From Phoronis australis (Eukaryota; Animalia; Phoronida), in assembly GCA_002633005.1 (NCBI GenBank), contig NMRA01000001.1:4081101-4145100 (forward strand): DNA of 64,000 nucleotides. Reading direction: 5' to 3'. Position numbers and translations under genes: made by a program. The notes under the pieces are model-generated. The model did no database searches. It was given only the letters and a program-made list of their open reading frames with translations, and had not been told where the DNA came from. Positions 34,865-48,850 of the stretch are shown here, piece by piece; positions within the stretch are counted from its first letter, which is position 1; each line of letters starts with the position of its first letter.

Positions 34865-37733
34865 TCTCGTGCTTTGAAGTTGTCTGATAGGATGGAGTGT
34901 GTAAAACAAACACCATTGCTCTTCTGGGTGCAATTGTATAAGTATTAGGCTAACAGTCCTGTAAAAAGTGTTTAAAATCAATGGGAGATTGGGTATGCAC
35001 GGTTCAGGGGCACAACTATCTCTGTAATTTCAGTTTTGACGTGTATGTATTTCAGTGGCAAGTCTTGTTGTTTTTGATTGTGTATTTTTCAGAAGAAATC
35101 ATTCTATTTCTAAAATGAGACTTCTTCATTGACTTAAATCACTTCTAGTTTTCCATGATTGAATTATTACCTGAGGGGAGCGCATAAATGATATCTTGAC
35201 ATGTTAAAGTACCTCAAACTTATTTTATTGCAGTTTGAAGTTTCAGATTTGGAGGCCAATAGTGACACAATCTCATTTTAGGAGTCTAGTACATTACATG
35301 GGACGTCGTTTACTTGCTAGTCTGATCTGTTAGGGTTGAAGCTGTAGTGTTTAGTGAACAGTTTAAATTGCCACACAGCTTATTAAATAAGCCAAAATCA
35401 TGAACTTCAAACTGCAGCAACAAATCTTCCAGTTGAAGCAAAGAAAGAACTCCATCTGTCCAAGGTGTTACGATGAGTAATTAGTCATAAACAAGACAGT
35501 GTCACAGTTGTGAACTTCCGTATCTCAAGTGAATGTTTTCGACTACCCAGTGAGTACTGCGGTCTTTTTCTAGTGTGTCAAACACTAAGTCCAATGGTGA
35601 CTAGTGTACTCTGTAGTTGTTTTGCTTCTGAGCACGGTAGTGTTTTTAAACACTAAAATATTGGAAAGACCTGGTACTGACCACATTATCTGTATGTTTC
35701 TTCATATAAACTGTAGTCCATTAACCGACCCTTACACACGGTTGCAAGTCCGTACATTCTAACTGTACAATTAAATTGTACATATCATGCTTGAATTGCC
35801 CATCAAATATTGAATAGAGTCTCGTGAAAACTTTCATGTGCTGGAAATAATAGGGTAAATATAACTGCACAGAAATCGAGCCTTTCGAAAGAACTTATTC
35901 ACTCCAAGATTTAACTTTTTGCTATTCGCTTTTCACTCCACCATTTTCATTTTTTACGTACCCTTGTTTTCCTCAACAAAAGCATTCACTTACTAGCTTA
36001 TTGCCTGGCATTTGAGTCACTTCATGATGTCATTATGTCATTGTTACAGAAAGGTAAAAAGAGGCGAAATATATTTGGTAAAACTGTTTACTGTTCCCTA
36101 AATATGTCGAGAGAATTCAAGTTGGTCAGTATTAGCATAATCAGCAAATATTTCTCTCCCCTTCTTTTGACTTTATGTCCATTTCACAAATTTGTGAAAA
36201 ACGTTTCGATGGCCCTTCTGGTGCTTCAAACCTGATTATTGGCTTATAGTAATATACTCAGATACTCTTATCCAATTGGAAAGCTTGTTGCTTTCATTGT
36301 CAGTGAAAGATTGCATTGTCCCTGACAGTCACATCATCTGTGATGGCTTATGGTGTACAGAGTGTATGAAGAGAAGAATCTAGATTATTTTGATTTTCAG
36401 TGTGACGTGTACTGAGCTTGATCCCTCTTTAATTACTTTGCTCAGAATTAAAACGACTACAGAGGGCGTTTATCACCCTCGTGACATCACATGTGATGTT
36501 AGGCACTAGTTTCACGTCAGTTTGTTTCACAAAGACCACTGGCAGTACTGGGAGTTTGAAGACTTTCACAAAGTGTAAGCTGATGGCTGAACCCACGAAC
36601 GCCTTCTCATTTATGGTCATTTGCTAGTCCCATGAAACTGTTGAGTGATGCTAATAACAACACTAACTTGGGTATTTCAATTCTTCAAAAAGATCAAAAA
36701 GTTAAGTTCCATTCCAAAATGTGAATCAAAAGCCTGGTTTTCAAAGATGATACTGCATAGGGCTTTTAAAGCCTTCCAGTCAAAGTTATGGAGGACCACA
36801 GAATATCAAAATTTGGCTAACTTCAGACCCTCATATCTCCAGATATTAAATGTTCAGGTGCCATGTTTTATGCCCTGTACTTCAAAATGTTGTACTTTTG
36901 TAAAAGAGTAAAGGGGGCTATCAAGGATGGGACTTGTATGATTTTCTCTGAAAATGTCAAAATTTGTATAAATGAGAACCAAATAATCTATGAAAACTGT
37001 AGCAATGATTTTGAGATGTCATCTTCAACATTTGTATGAAATGAAATTTGGGTATACGCGAACAGGCGCGCTCACGCAACGCACATACATACAGGAGAAT
37101 ACATTTACATCAGTATAGTTAGGTAGCAGCCCTTCACACAAACTTGGTTGGAGGCACGACTGTATTTTTTCTTAGACTTCTTGATATATACTCGCCCCTA
37201 TTCTCAATACAATTTCCTTTCTTCAGGCGTGCAGTTATGAAGCAAATCAGGAAGGAGACTTAAGGGACAAACAAGTTGAAATGGTTAATAAATTTGGAGA
37301 CCACATGTCTCCTCCTCGGGCAATAGGCAAAATGAAAGTGGTGGAAGCGAAATAAAAGGTGGCAGCTAGTAAAAGAGCATACAATGAGCAGATAGTGAAT
37401 GTAATGTCGATTTTGGTAGGTGCATAAAAGCACATAAATCAGAAACCAATGAACCCTCTAGCAACTAATCAGGCAGAAGAAAATAACGATGACATGCTCG
37501 ACCGCGGTTACACGGCAACTTGCAAAAGGCACACACCGCCAGTGGCGGATTTAAGGTGAGGGGGGCCTGCCCCAAAAAATTCCACCAGATTCCATTTGGC
37601 AGCTCGAGGGTGCGAATGTCTGACGGGCAAAATCTTGGGTAATACTCTGCCTTGGCTCCCGCCCCCTAACTCAAATTACTCTGGATCTATCCCTTACTGC
37701 CGCCCGCATTTCGAGTCAACTGCAGAACGTTAA

Positions 37734-38050
37734 AAGTGCATTTCACCTTGTTTATCTGGCTGAAAAACTGAAATCGAATCGGCTTTTTGCTCTCCTCAAA
37801 TCGGTGTAACAATATCGTTTACCATGATGGGATTCTACATTTTGTATTTTCCGGTTACCAACAAGAACGTCGAAGCGTGCATCAGCGACTGCGATTTCGA
37901 AAATGGGTAATATGCTAGTGAAACTGATTTGGTAACAGAAAAGGAGTATTATCACGGTAAAAAAATATTTGGAGATAGATTTTATGATATCAAAAGCCCT
38001 AGTTCGAATTTCGCTTTTTGCCAGCTAGTGACGGCTACTGAAATGCACCT
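37734..38050. mobile_element. ~317-bp palindromic MITE at a TTAA-type site (Kolobok-like)
   Basis: ttaa|aagtgcatttca...ctggctgaaaaactgaaatcgaatcggctttt mirrors aaaagccctagttcgaatttcgctttttgccag...tgaaatgcacct|tcaa; the symmetry continues inward (ttaccatgat / atcacggtaa). Confidence 0.7.
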
Positions 38051-40704
38051 TCAAGATTGCATCCAAATAAAAACCTCAAGGAAATAAAAAGTCACCCCAT
38101 ACTTCAAAATAAGGTTAAATTTTGTGAGTATGACCCGCAGTACGTGCCCGCGCTATTTGCTTTCTGTGACTGGTTTAAAAGTTGGCCACACATTTGGCCA
38201 GAAACTTGTCAAATTTGGGGTTTTTCGTGTCTGTTGATTTCTATTTTTTTTTTCGGGAAAAGTTATAATTGAAAACTGGACTGATACGGGTCCATGTTAG
38301 CAGGAAGACTGATGTTAGCCTGATATCAGACTTACCAGGTGAATAAATTATAGTTTGCAGCTAAATATATACGACTAAAATTTCTAAGAGGAGATCTCCC
38401 ACTTTTCACCAGGGCTAAACGTGGGAACGCCAGGTATATCCAGAGGTATTTTGGACTTGGAATTTTCTGAGTTGGCACTTATTATTCGAGTGGACTTTGA
38501 AAAAAATCTTGTGTATCTCAAACATTTAGTGCTAATCATGATTTGACCAACCTTCCAACTTGCAACTGAGTTGATCATTAGGAATCCGGGTCGTTCAGTG
38601 GTATCTTGTAGTTGGACAATACTCCTTTCTATAAACCGCGGGGGAAAACCTGCAGTGTCGCTGTCCGTTCTTTATATCACCAAAGTTTATCAGAGCTCCT
38701 ATTGTGTTGTATGGGCCAATAATCGCGTTAGTGATGTCTACGCGGCAAGAAATTCTGGTTGAAATAAATTGAAATGTCAAGGACAGAAACTGGTATTCTT
38801 TAATGTGTTTGGCTTTAGAAATTGAATTCCTCGTGAAAAGTTAGTGTAGGATCCTTCTTTCGCGGAAGAAATGCGATAAAAATTGTCCAAAAACGCAGCT
38901 ATGAAGTTTTATTTGTTTACGAGTTTCGAGTCGATGCGTATATTCATTCAGCGTGGAAGATATAGTTGGCGTTTACGTCGTGACATCAGTCAAAACATTG
39001 AGCCTGGCGATTGATATCAGGCCTCTGAAAATTGATGTCGTCAGGAATATGGGCTAATTCGAATTCGTTGTAATGTGAGGCTATTTTTAATTAGGCGGAT
39101 TTTGTTGTTTTTTTTTGTTCAAATATCACCAGAAAGTAATATGGAAACTTTTGAGTCTGAAGTTTATTTATGAAACAACTTTGTGAAATGCATTTCCGTT
39201 TACATAATCCAATAGCAAGGTTTGAAATTCTGACACTCACTTTCTGTCATAGCCTAACTATGGACGGTGGTTCTTTTTAAGAACAACGGTCGCACATTTA
39301 AGAAAATGTGACAGCGGAGGAAGTATACCCTTTTTACGTGTAAAAGACGACCACGTGTCGTCCAATCAGAAGGCAGGTGGGACGTCTGATCATCCCTCTG
39401 AAGTTAATTCATACGTGATCATCGGTCAGGTGTCGTGTCTGCCGACTGGTATTCCGGGCCCCAAATTAGACGCCGGGCAGATACGCGTTGTCCATGACTG
39501 TGTTCTGCCGTTATGCTCTCATGGTGATCTCGCGTGATTGACCAAGTTATTAGCATTTTGTACATCAATGTTATTGCGCGAGTTAGTCGTAAAACTGCAG
39601 ATAAGATACCAATATGACTTCTGATAAAAATCCACATCTCTGTGAACACGGTAGTCTGAATTTCAGTGTAAGGTCCTACTGCAAGTGCATGACAATTTAC
39701 AGCTTCGTTATCTGGTAATTCACTAGTATTGGCCTCGTGTTCTTTGATTGGCCCTTGAGGAATTCATTATGAAAATCTGCTGACCGATTTCAGTGAATGG
39801 TACTGTATTTCACCCAGTTGCCTTTTGAGATTTTCTTGGTACACATTTTCATGAAAGGGAATTTTGTTTACTTTTAATATGATTGATGTCTATCGATTGA
39901 CAGCGCAAGGCCCCTACGGTAAACAGTCTTCCTCGGTTCCTCGTGGCCGACATTGGCGTTCTCATTTATGATTAACCCCATTCTAGTTAATTAGAAAAAG
40001 GCACTTTTAATTAGTGACGCCTGCGTAGATTGGATTATACTTGCACCTTTTAGGCCTTTGCGCCTGCACCTTAACCTGTCCCTATGTCTGCCTATAAGTT
40101 GAACATTTGACTAATTTGCTAAAGGGCAACAAGTATATCGTGTAAATGTTGTGTTACAGTTCATGTAAATATTGACATGTTTTTAAACTACATGCAGATT
40201 AACTGAAATGTTCTAAGAACGGATGTGACACGAAAACAATACAGAGGCCTGCCCTACATGCCATGCACCTGTGCAAGGAACGCACAGCTACACATGTACG
40301 TGTCCGTGTTGTAAAAGATTATGTGCATGCGCAGTGAACATTAGAAACAGTTGAACAAAAATTTTAATAAAGCGCATTCAAACACAGGCGCATAGTCCTA
40401 GCTGCGGGCTTGTACGTAGTTTTTAACGAGTGATTACTACTGGATTTTGGAGAGTTGTCTGCTATGAATATAGAAGAATATCTTGAGGAACTTCAGTTTC
40501 ACAAGCTCTTGATTTTTTCAGACGAACTGCAGCCATTCAGTGATATGGTGTAGGAAATTACATGTAACATGGTTGAAACATCCAGAACAAAAAAAAAAAA
40601 ACAAAAAAACAGCATGCAGTCCCGTGAATACAGTATTTGGAAACAAATCTGTCAATAAAACACAAAATATTATTCGGTTCTCAACAATCAGGGATTCAAA
40701 TCAA

Positions 40705-41407
40705 CATGCCCGTACCCAGCATTTGATTTGGAGTCGCGGGGTGGGGGGAGGCGAAGCTGAAGGAAGCTACTACCCTCGTCATATAAAAAACCATCATACT
40801 TCACGCTAAGTTAGGAGGCGTTTTTATTATGCAATGGCCAAAACGAACATTCATTGAAAATGAACAAAAAAAGAAAAAACAACCAATGTAGCTGTGTTTA
40901 AGGTAGTTTCTTGGCTTTTTGACGCTCATTTTAGTGCTGCCTTCACATGCACAATTTTTTTACGCGGAGTCCTTACGTATCACCAAGTCAGTCGTAACCA
41001 ATCGCAAGCATCCGTAAATAACTTTACACTTGTAAATATCCGTGAAAGCCGGAGAGGCAATTTTGAACATATCAAAAATCTAGCGATCGTCCGTAATTAA
41101 CACGTAAAGAATCGCAAACCGCTCGCAACAACACGTAAATATATTACTCGTAAGAAACCGTAAGTGAATCGTAACAATTTGACAATAGGACTATGTATTT
41201 TAAGTTTACAAATAATTCACGATTTCTTTACGGACATCTGACAATCTTTCATTTTCTTCGAAATTTGCTTAGTAAAATAAAAGGGCATAACGGAAGTAGT
41301 TGAATAAGTACACGTAATAGTAATTAAATTCGGCTTGCGAAGGCGGACCCCTGGTGGGGGGCCGGGGGGTGCGTTCGCACTCGTCGCACCCCGTGGACAC
41401 GGGCATG
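40705..41407. mobile_element. Non-autonomous DNA transposon (TIR CATGCCCGT) with a nested cgtaa-rich Harbinger-like fragment (~40935-41240)
   Basis: catgcccgtaccca / tggacacgggcatg inverted termini (9 bp perfect); GC-rich subtermini; internal multiple tcgtaa/ccgtaa motifs around ttttgaacatatcaaaa; no clean TSD. Confidence 0.5.
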
Positions 41408-44400
41408 ATTAGCGAAAACTTTTCGAAGCCGCATATTTCAGCGCGGATTCAGGAACTCCCCCTTACATCCAGGGGAAAATTTTGTATTTGTGCCTGAAAA
41501 CAAGCATTTTATTTGATTTCTGAAATATGATAAGCTCTCGACTACTCTATTTTGGCCAGGTCGCTATCTGCGACTAGCGCGGCAAAATCGCATGACACAG
41601 ATCGTATTCTGGAATCCGACATAGCTGCACGGCAAATTTTCAAGTCGTCAAGTTGCCACTAAAAATTCCCTTGATTCTAGCGGACTTTCACATGCTTTAT
41701 GTTTTTTTGTTGCTCCGTTAACGAACACATACAGAAGCAGACACAGAATTTATGTGGTCATGACGCGTACTCAAATGACTTATTCATACATGATAACACT
41801 CTGTGTGTATGTATTGGTCATCCAGAGTGATAGCGCGCAGCGTCACTGCCGGTCGCCTTGGATATCACGCGCATATCCACCGGGAGCGCCCCCCACACGC
41901 ACACATAAACTAAAACTCCACTTAAAATGAGCAATTATTGGGGTTACTTAATTAACTCAAGATTTTCTCCCGTTTTTTCTGTTTTTTTTTTTGTTTTGCA
42001 GCCGCTAATGGGAGGGGGTGGTTCCCTAGCGCCTATGTACGTGTTTTCTTGCGAATCAACATGAAAGGCATGCTGCCAAATGCTCTGAATACATGCAAAG
42101 GCTAAAAATTTTAACTGGAAAAGAGCCACAATAGATTCCATCACTGGGTTACCCTGCTTGTACTGATTTCATTATTGTGTCCCCTCGGAAAAGAATCAAT
42201 TGAAATCGCGCAAGAAAAGTGTGGCCACGGTGACGAATACCGTAGGCGGGGCTTGCATCCCGGCAAGGACTGACCGTCAGCGACGGGCTAGGGTTCATAT
42301 ATACTGACTAAAATGGTATGGTATTACCGGGAAAGGGGTCTCTGGATAAATACAGCTCTGAGTCCCGGCTTAAAAAATGTCTTGTGAGAAGCGGCAGCTA
42401 GAGATAGCATTTCGCTCAGTCATTGAACTCAATCCACATCTTTTTAAGACTAAGGTCACTGACTCATTAATTAAGATGCTGGTGCCCGGTTTAATTGTCA
42501 GTTATGCAGGATCTGAAATAACCCGATGCAGGACATTCCACTCGTAGAGCTTATCACGAATAACTCTAAACGCATTATTCAAGCCTGGAACCCCAAAGTC
42601 TGGTGAATGACAAGGCTGAATGTTCACTCTCTTTCTCCCCCGCTTATAACCGTGGTGCGCCAGGTAGTAGATGGAGGGTGATATTGTGACTGCCGACTAA
42701 AGGACATCCATAGGCGGATTTAGGGAGGGGGGGCCAGGGCCCTCCCCCCCTTGGCTGCCGCAAAAAATAAAACAGTAAGAGCGTAGGGAAATGGTGAGTT
42801 TATTAATTAACCCCGNCTCCGTTTCCGTCGTCTGTTCCACTGTGCAATGAAGAAAATTTACTTCATTTTGTAAAGAAAATGGAACCTGAGTGACCGACGA
42901 TGAAAAAACAGAAACTGCTGGTAAGATGTGAATTTTAATCGAAGCTTTGGTGAATCACTCAGAAACTCATAATTCTCTCTTTGTCAAACCTTAACTTGAG
43001 ACGATTTCCAAAGCAATCCCGTCGTTATTGCCAACACGAAAAACGGATTTGGTCTTTTGGGCATTTGAAGACTATTTTAAATACAACAAATTTGTTAAGA
43101 ACCGATTGCACAAAATACTGATAAAACGTGTAATAAGCATTACAAAAAGAAGTAGGCTTCGCGCACAAACGCTGTGGACCATAAACAAGTAGGTCTCTTA
43201 GAACGAAATAAGTAGTTAAATCGTGGTGGTGTAGTAACGCACGCGCGCTCTATTCGACAGGTCTTGAGTTGAGTCTTTGGTACTTGCAGTTTTTCCTGTT
43301 TGACACGTTCTCCGTGTTTTTTTTTGCCTTTTTTTCTTGGATAATACTTCAGGAATCAAGGAAAATGCTTGATTTTTAGAGGTAAAAACAGAAAAATTTC
43401 CTCCCCCCATTCGGTGCTATACGCATCTACAATCGTCGTTTGCGCAAATGCTTACAGCCGGACAAAATGTTGGGCCCCCCCACTGACATGAACGTGGAAT
43501 TAAAAGTAAAGGGCGATAGCGGTGAGGGGACCAATATGTGCACTTGTTGGGAGCTCCAACCTGCAGTGCGTTGCCGAACTACTTGGTCTCATTTTTATGA
43601 CCAAATCATGACTCATGAGCCATATGTAGATTGGAGCAGTCAAGTCTCTTGTTCTTGAGCCGTCCAACGAATAAGTCAAGATTTGAAGATGCTGCCATCT
43701 CAAGTGAAAAATAGTTATGTTTGTCATGTGATCAGAACTAACAGAATGATTGGTTAAAGTTGACAACACTAATTTGTCCAACTTGCAAAATGGCGAGGCT
43801 GTGCTTGTGAAACGCTGCCGATTAATTTACAAATTCTGCTGTTTGTATTGTGCATATGATGTGATATTCCTGAGAACGCCACATGGATGTACTCTTTTGG
43901 GTGTAAGGCAAGTTCTTAATTCTCTTGTACTGATTTCTATACCGATTTGAAATCTCTTATCGGCGCCCTATTTCTCTAACCTCTGTTTTGTTTGCGTCTT
44001 GACTGCTGAAGTCAGGCAAAGAAAAATCTGTTTGACAGTACTGGTTCGATATAACTGATTAATAGTGATTGCCATCTTACCTGCTTTACACTGCTTAAAG
44101 CTGAATTTCTCTTTGTTTGTCTGGATAAAAATTGATTGTCCTGTTATTTAGTTTCACTCAACTAGTATAATCGGTCCTCGTCCGACCTTAAGTTGAGTCT
44201 TATTTCCGCCACCAACATACAAGAACATTGTAACCATCATCGATGCAAGAATTCAGAGTTAATGCGAGTCCACGTCCACCATCTTGAATATTTAGTATGA
44301 CAGAGTAAACAAACCAAATCGTGTGAATTCCCATGGGCTATATTAGTGGGCAGGAGACCCAGTAGGCAATTTATACATCGCCCTGGATGCCGCAGGCATA

Positions 44401-45062
44401 CAGCCTTTACAGGGGCGATAGTACATCCCCACCAAAAGTTACTCATTTCAAAATACAGGAAATAAAATCAAATGAGACATGCATACATGCACACGGAGTT
44501 ATAAACAACTCATACCATAAGACTGAAAACGATTCAGTCAAGATAATTTGAACAAATCGAAAGTCTGTCGCGGTTTGCTCAAGTTTCTCTTACTGTGTGC
44601 CATTTTGAGGAAGTTACGAGAAATCATGCATGTTGACAAATAAAAAGTCCAAGGGACACAAATCTTACAAATTTCACCTGATACCTTCTCATGCTATTTT
44701 GTACTGAAGTGTCACGCGCTTCACTCAGTCTCGCGCTAGCATTTGCTTAACTCATGTGACTCAGCTGACATACTTTGTGGATGGCACGCGCGGTTAAACA
44801 GTTAACGGCAACCAAAAAAGTGGAGTTGGAATTCTTCGCCAAAGTCAACTTAATTCTCACAACTAAGCTTCATCGAAGATTTGTATAGAAGTAGAAAGGA
44901 CCAATGATGGAAGTTAGCACTTTTTTAAATGATAGTTTTAAGTGTGGAATGTATTTTTGACGAGGTGAAAACTCAAAATTGGTGACCGGATTTGGCGGTG
45001 ATTTGGGTTACCGCCCGTTTAAAATAGATGTAACGAAATGCGTACAGAAAGCAAACGAAAGT

Positions 45063-45340
45063 ATTGTAGACCCTGAATGGCCAACTGAGGGGCTACGTGT
45101 TGCCCAGAGACCCAGGAGCGTAAACCCCGTCAAAGTAACATTTTTCGAAAGACATTGATTGGACTGTCAAATGGTCGCAATTAGGCTGTTACCAATATAT
45201 TCTAGATTGTCACAAAGTCGTTGATGTGTCCGAGTACCTCGTGTGCTCAATTTTGGAGCGCATTGCAAAATGCCTGTCTTTGTTAAAAATCCACCCAGTT
45301 GGCCTACGTTTTCACAAAGTCCATCTCAGGGTCTGTAATT
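45063..45340. mobile_element. Possible MITE relic
   Basis: attgtagaccctga..ggccaactg mirrors cagttggcc...tcagggtctgtaat. Confidence 0.4.
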
Positions 45341-45736
45341 AATTGGCCCTGCATTTGAAAATGATCTCAATTAAAGTTTCAACTCCCCTTGTAATCGCAA
45401 ATTATTTTATCGCCAATCATCCTGGCATCGGCAGCCTGACAAAACCAAGATACAATGGGTAAAAGCTAAATTTATTTTGAAAGATTCTGTTTAATTAATG
45501 CAGCAGCATTCACATACCAGTGGGATAAATTTATTGTCAAGCACTGATTTCATCATCTGCTTGCTATTTTAAAGAAATCGGCATTTTACAGTCTGGTCTC
45601 TGTAGATGGCAATAGCCAAATTGGTGCATGTAAATTACATGCGTAAGTTATTTCTTGTTTGTGGCGTAAAGCAATTATTTGCGACGTAAAGTTAATATTT
45701 GTGGCATAAAGTAATTATTTGCAACGTAAATTTATT

Positions 45737-46008
45737 GTTGGCCAAATGAGTGAACCTTAGGCACGTAAATTACATGTGTAAATTATTTTTTGTTGGTGGC
45801 GTAAATTAATTATTAGTGGTGTAAAATAATCATTTACGTGCGTAATTTACACAGGTAAGTTAATTATTTACCTGCGTAAATTACAGCGCAAATAATTACT
45901 TTGTGCCGTAAAAAGTTACTTTACGCTGCAAGTAATTACTTTACGCCGCTAGCAAGAAGTAACATATGCTCGTAATTTACGCGTGTAACGTTCACTCATT
46001 TGGCCAAC
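45737..46008. mobile_element. 272-bp foldback MITE, plus a partial related arm at ~45620-45735
   Basis: Perfect 19-bp TIR gttggccaaatgagtgaac / gttcactcatttggccaac; interior is an imperfect palindrome of cgtaaattac/gtaatttacg subrepeats centred near 45862. Confidence 0.85.
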
Positions 46009-48049
46009 GTTAAAAATCAGCTTGTTTAGTGCTCCACCACATGAGTGCACTTGCTTTGCACTTGCTCAACTCGAAACTGTTGACTCCTGTATTGGAGTGG
46101 ACACCTGTTGTGTTGGCTTATTTGAGTGAACTTTCCAAGTTGACTTGGGTATTCTAAGTTTATGCATACTCAATCTTCAACTGAAGCAGAATTCCAAGTT
46201 TAAGCACAACACACCAACCCTGCTTCCTAGGGTAGGGTTGGTGACCCACCTGTGTATTTTTCCAACCAAAAATAATGGCGATAACTTTTGAGTGAACATA
46301 TATTGGAAACCAGAAAACCCAAAAATTTCAAACTTGCATTCTTTTATACAAAGTTCAGTGCTATTCACTTGGCCATATGTTTACTTGAAACTCGTATGTT
46401 GACAACCATGTTTTCTTATGGATGAATTTGCAATAAGATATAGTATGAGGGTTGATTTGGAAACCTATAGCTTACTAATGCGACATCAGATTTTGTTTGG
46501 CCGCCTGGTAAAATTCCCATAAAGTTGCCGGATTTTCACGATTTGCAACCAAGTCGGAAAAAGTCAGAGAAGTAAGAATTAACTGCAATTGGCCTAAAAA
46601 ATTTGTGGTAACGTTCAAACTTATAATAAAAATTTCTTCCTAAATGCAATTACCTTTGGCTCACAATTTAATTTCTGAAATCAGTGTGTCTGTTATCCTC
46701 AGCACAAATCCAAGCACATGATCAAACTTCAACAAGAAGTAACAGATGGGAGTTTGGCAAAAACACACGCTTTAAGTCAAAGGGCCCAATCATGCACAAA
46801 CAATGTGTTCCGAGTGTCTGCTTTGTCCTGAAGTAAGAGTTGAATGCACATTTGCGACCTGAAATTTGGAAATGTGAGTTGAGCTTTTGGCCAAGTTGAA
46901 CTGTTAGAAACTATGAATTTTGCGTGCTGTAACTTGTTACTATAAATGTGATTTTGCCCAGGTTGCAATTGAAGATATACCGATTATCGTACCGTCGATG
47001 GCTGGGAATTAGTCGTCAACATACACACAATTTGTCTCTATTTAACCTCGTACAAATAAAACAACAGAAAAAAAATATGTTTTTGGGTGGGGCATTTGAC
47101 TCTTGTGACTATTGACTGTCACTAGTACTAATACGCATCCCCGTCAAACTTGCCTGTTTTGTTGCTAGTGTAGGCCAGGGCTGTCACCTGCTAGATTTCC
47201 CATGTGGTGACCTTGGAATTTTGCCAGGTCGTATTTGTATTTGGCGAGTTGACGTGCTGAGACTGAGTCATGCCCCCAGCATAGTTTATTTTAGTGGTCG
47301 AAAAGTAAACCTTTGGAACATGCCCATTGCTAAGTCACTGTCTTTATGCCTGCAGCATCCTAGGCCAACCCTAAAATAGCTTAATTTGAAGAAGATGTAA
47401 GTGTACTTAGTCCTGTGAGTTGTTGCCTTATTTACCAACAGTTCCCATGGAATGAGTGTGATAATGGTTTTAAACCCCACAGCACAGTGGTTAAAAATTC
47501 AACATTGGCAGTAGACAGTATATTAGATTAACAACTCCTGGATGTGTCATGCCAATTATGAAAACTTGTTTCACATGCTTTGCAGCGCCATTTGGTTTTA
47601 AATTGGTCAGTGCTCAAAACAGCAACTGAAGTTGTTCAAGCGAGATGTAAGTATACAGAATTTCCATCTATAAATCCGTGACGTGTATTTGACAGATAGT
47701 ATTGTGGACAAAAAGTCAGATACGAAAAATATACATCCTGTTGCAGTGCGAATATTTCAACCCGAGCATATTCTTACCTAAGTTATCATGCACTTTGATG
47801 AAAATTTCACCGGGCAATTGGAGGAATATCAATGGTGAGTACCGCAATGGTCTCCACATCTGAAAATCTAAACAGATAACAAGCCTGAAAGCGCCAACAA
47901 ATAAGCTGGGGCGTGCAGCAGAAGTCGTTCTCTGTAGTGTGCTCTTACCTGCCCTGTTTTTACCCAAGAACTTAAATAATAATGCATAGCAGTGCAAATG
48001 AATGACTGTATTTGTTCATTTTTGATTTTTAAGTCGGTGACATTGGACT

Positions 48050-48850
48050 GATTTACAAGGATATCACATAAACCATTTGTTCATTCAATGACTTTTAGTA
48101 TCGAAGTCTATACAGACGTGTTTGAAACAGTTAGCGGAAAATTTTTACTCGAATTTGTGGTGTCAACGTCTAGTAAGTCCAAAAGTTCTAATATAGAGGT
48201 AAACTTGTTAACAGCTATATCCTGTCTTCCCACGAAGTAGACAGTCCCGAGTGAAATGCCTTAGTAAAACGAGACAGTCAAGCCTTTGTTTTCTCCCAGT
48301 CTAATGTCTTTCACAGCGTTCTTATAGTCAATACCCTCGCAATATATGTCAAAATTTGACGTTCTGAAGTTGGTACATCCAGTGGTAAAACTCGGAATTC
48401 TTGCAGAAACTGCACCACATGTCAATCCACCATCTTAAAGTAATTACGTGGAGGAAACCAACCGATTCATGAGTATTTTCCATTTGCTTAGACGAGTCTA
48501 GAGTAAGGCCTATTCAAACCAATATTTTTTGAAAGATGTTGAATGGATTGTCAAACGTTTGCAAGTACACTTTTCCTTATATGTTCAGGACTGTCACAAA
48601 CTCAGTCTTCCTGTTGAGAACTATTTATTGTCAAGTTTAGAGCGAATTGTAGGAATGCTGATGTTCGGTGTTGTTGGCAAAAATATGGTGTTTTCAAAGG
48701 TCCATCGGATATTTGTGGTCTGTTGACTGGACCGCTTTACCACCATGATCCAGATGTGGAACTGTATTATCTGTCGTATCTACATATGTGTGTACATCTG
48801 TATCTGGAACATCTCTCGGTTTGTAAAATAATCCTTAACAGTCTATCTAG
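48050..48850 (-). pseudogene. Highly decayed non-LTR retrotransposon RT fragment
   Basis: Minus-strand fragments VKDYFTNREMF, DVHTYVDTT (YADD-like) and EGIDYKNAVKDIRLG in the order expected for CR1/L2-type ORF2; many stops and frameshifts. Confidence 0.35.

Noticed and set aside
35764-35782. 19-bp palindrome tgtacaatt-a-aattgtaca overlapping attaaa in the presumed TMX1 3' UTR
   Set aside because: AT-rich and short; the poly(A) site cannot be assigned without transcript data.
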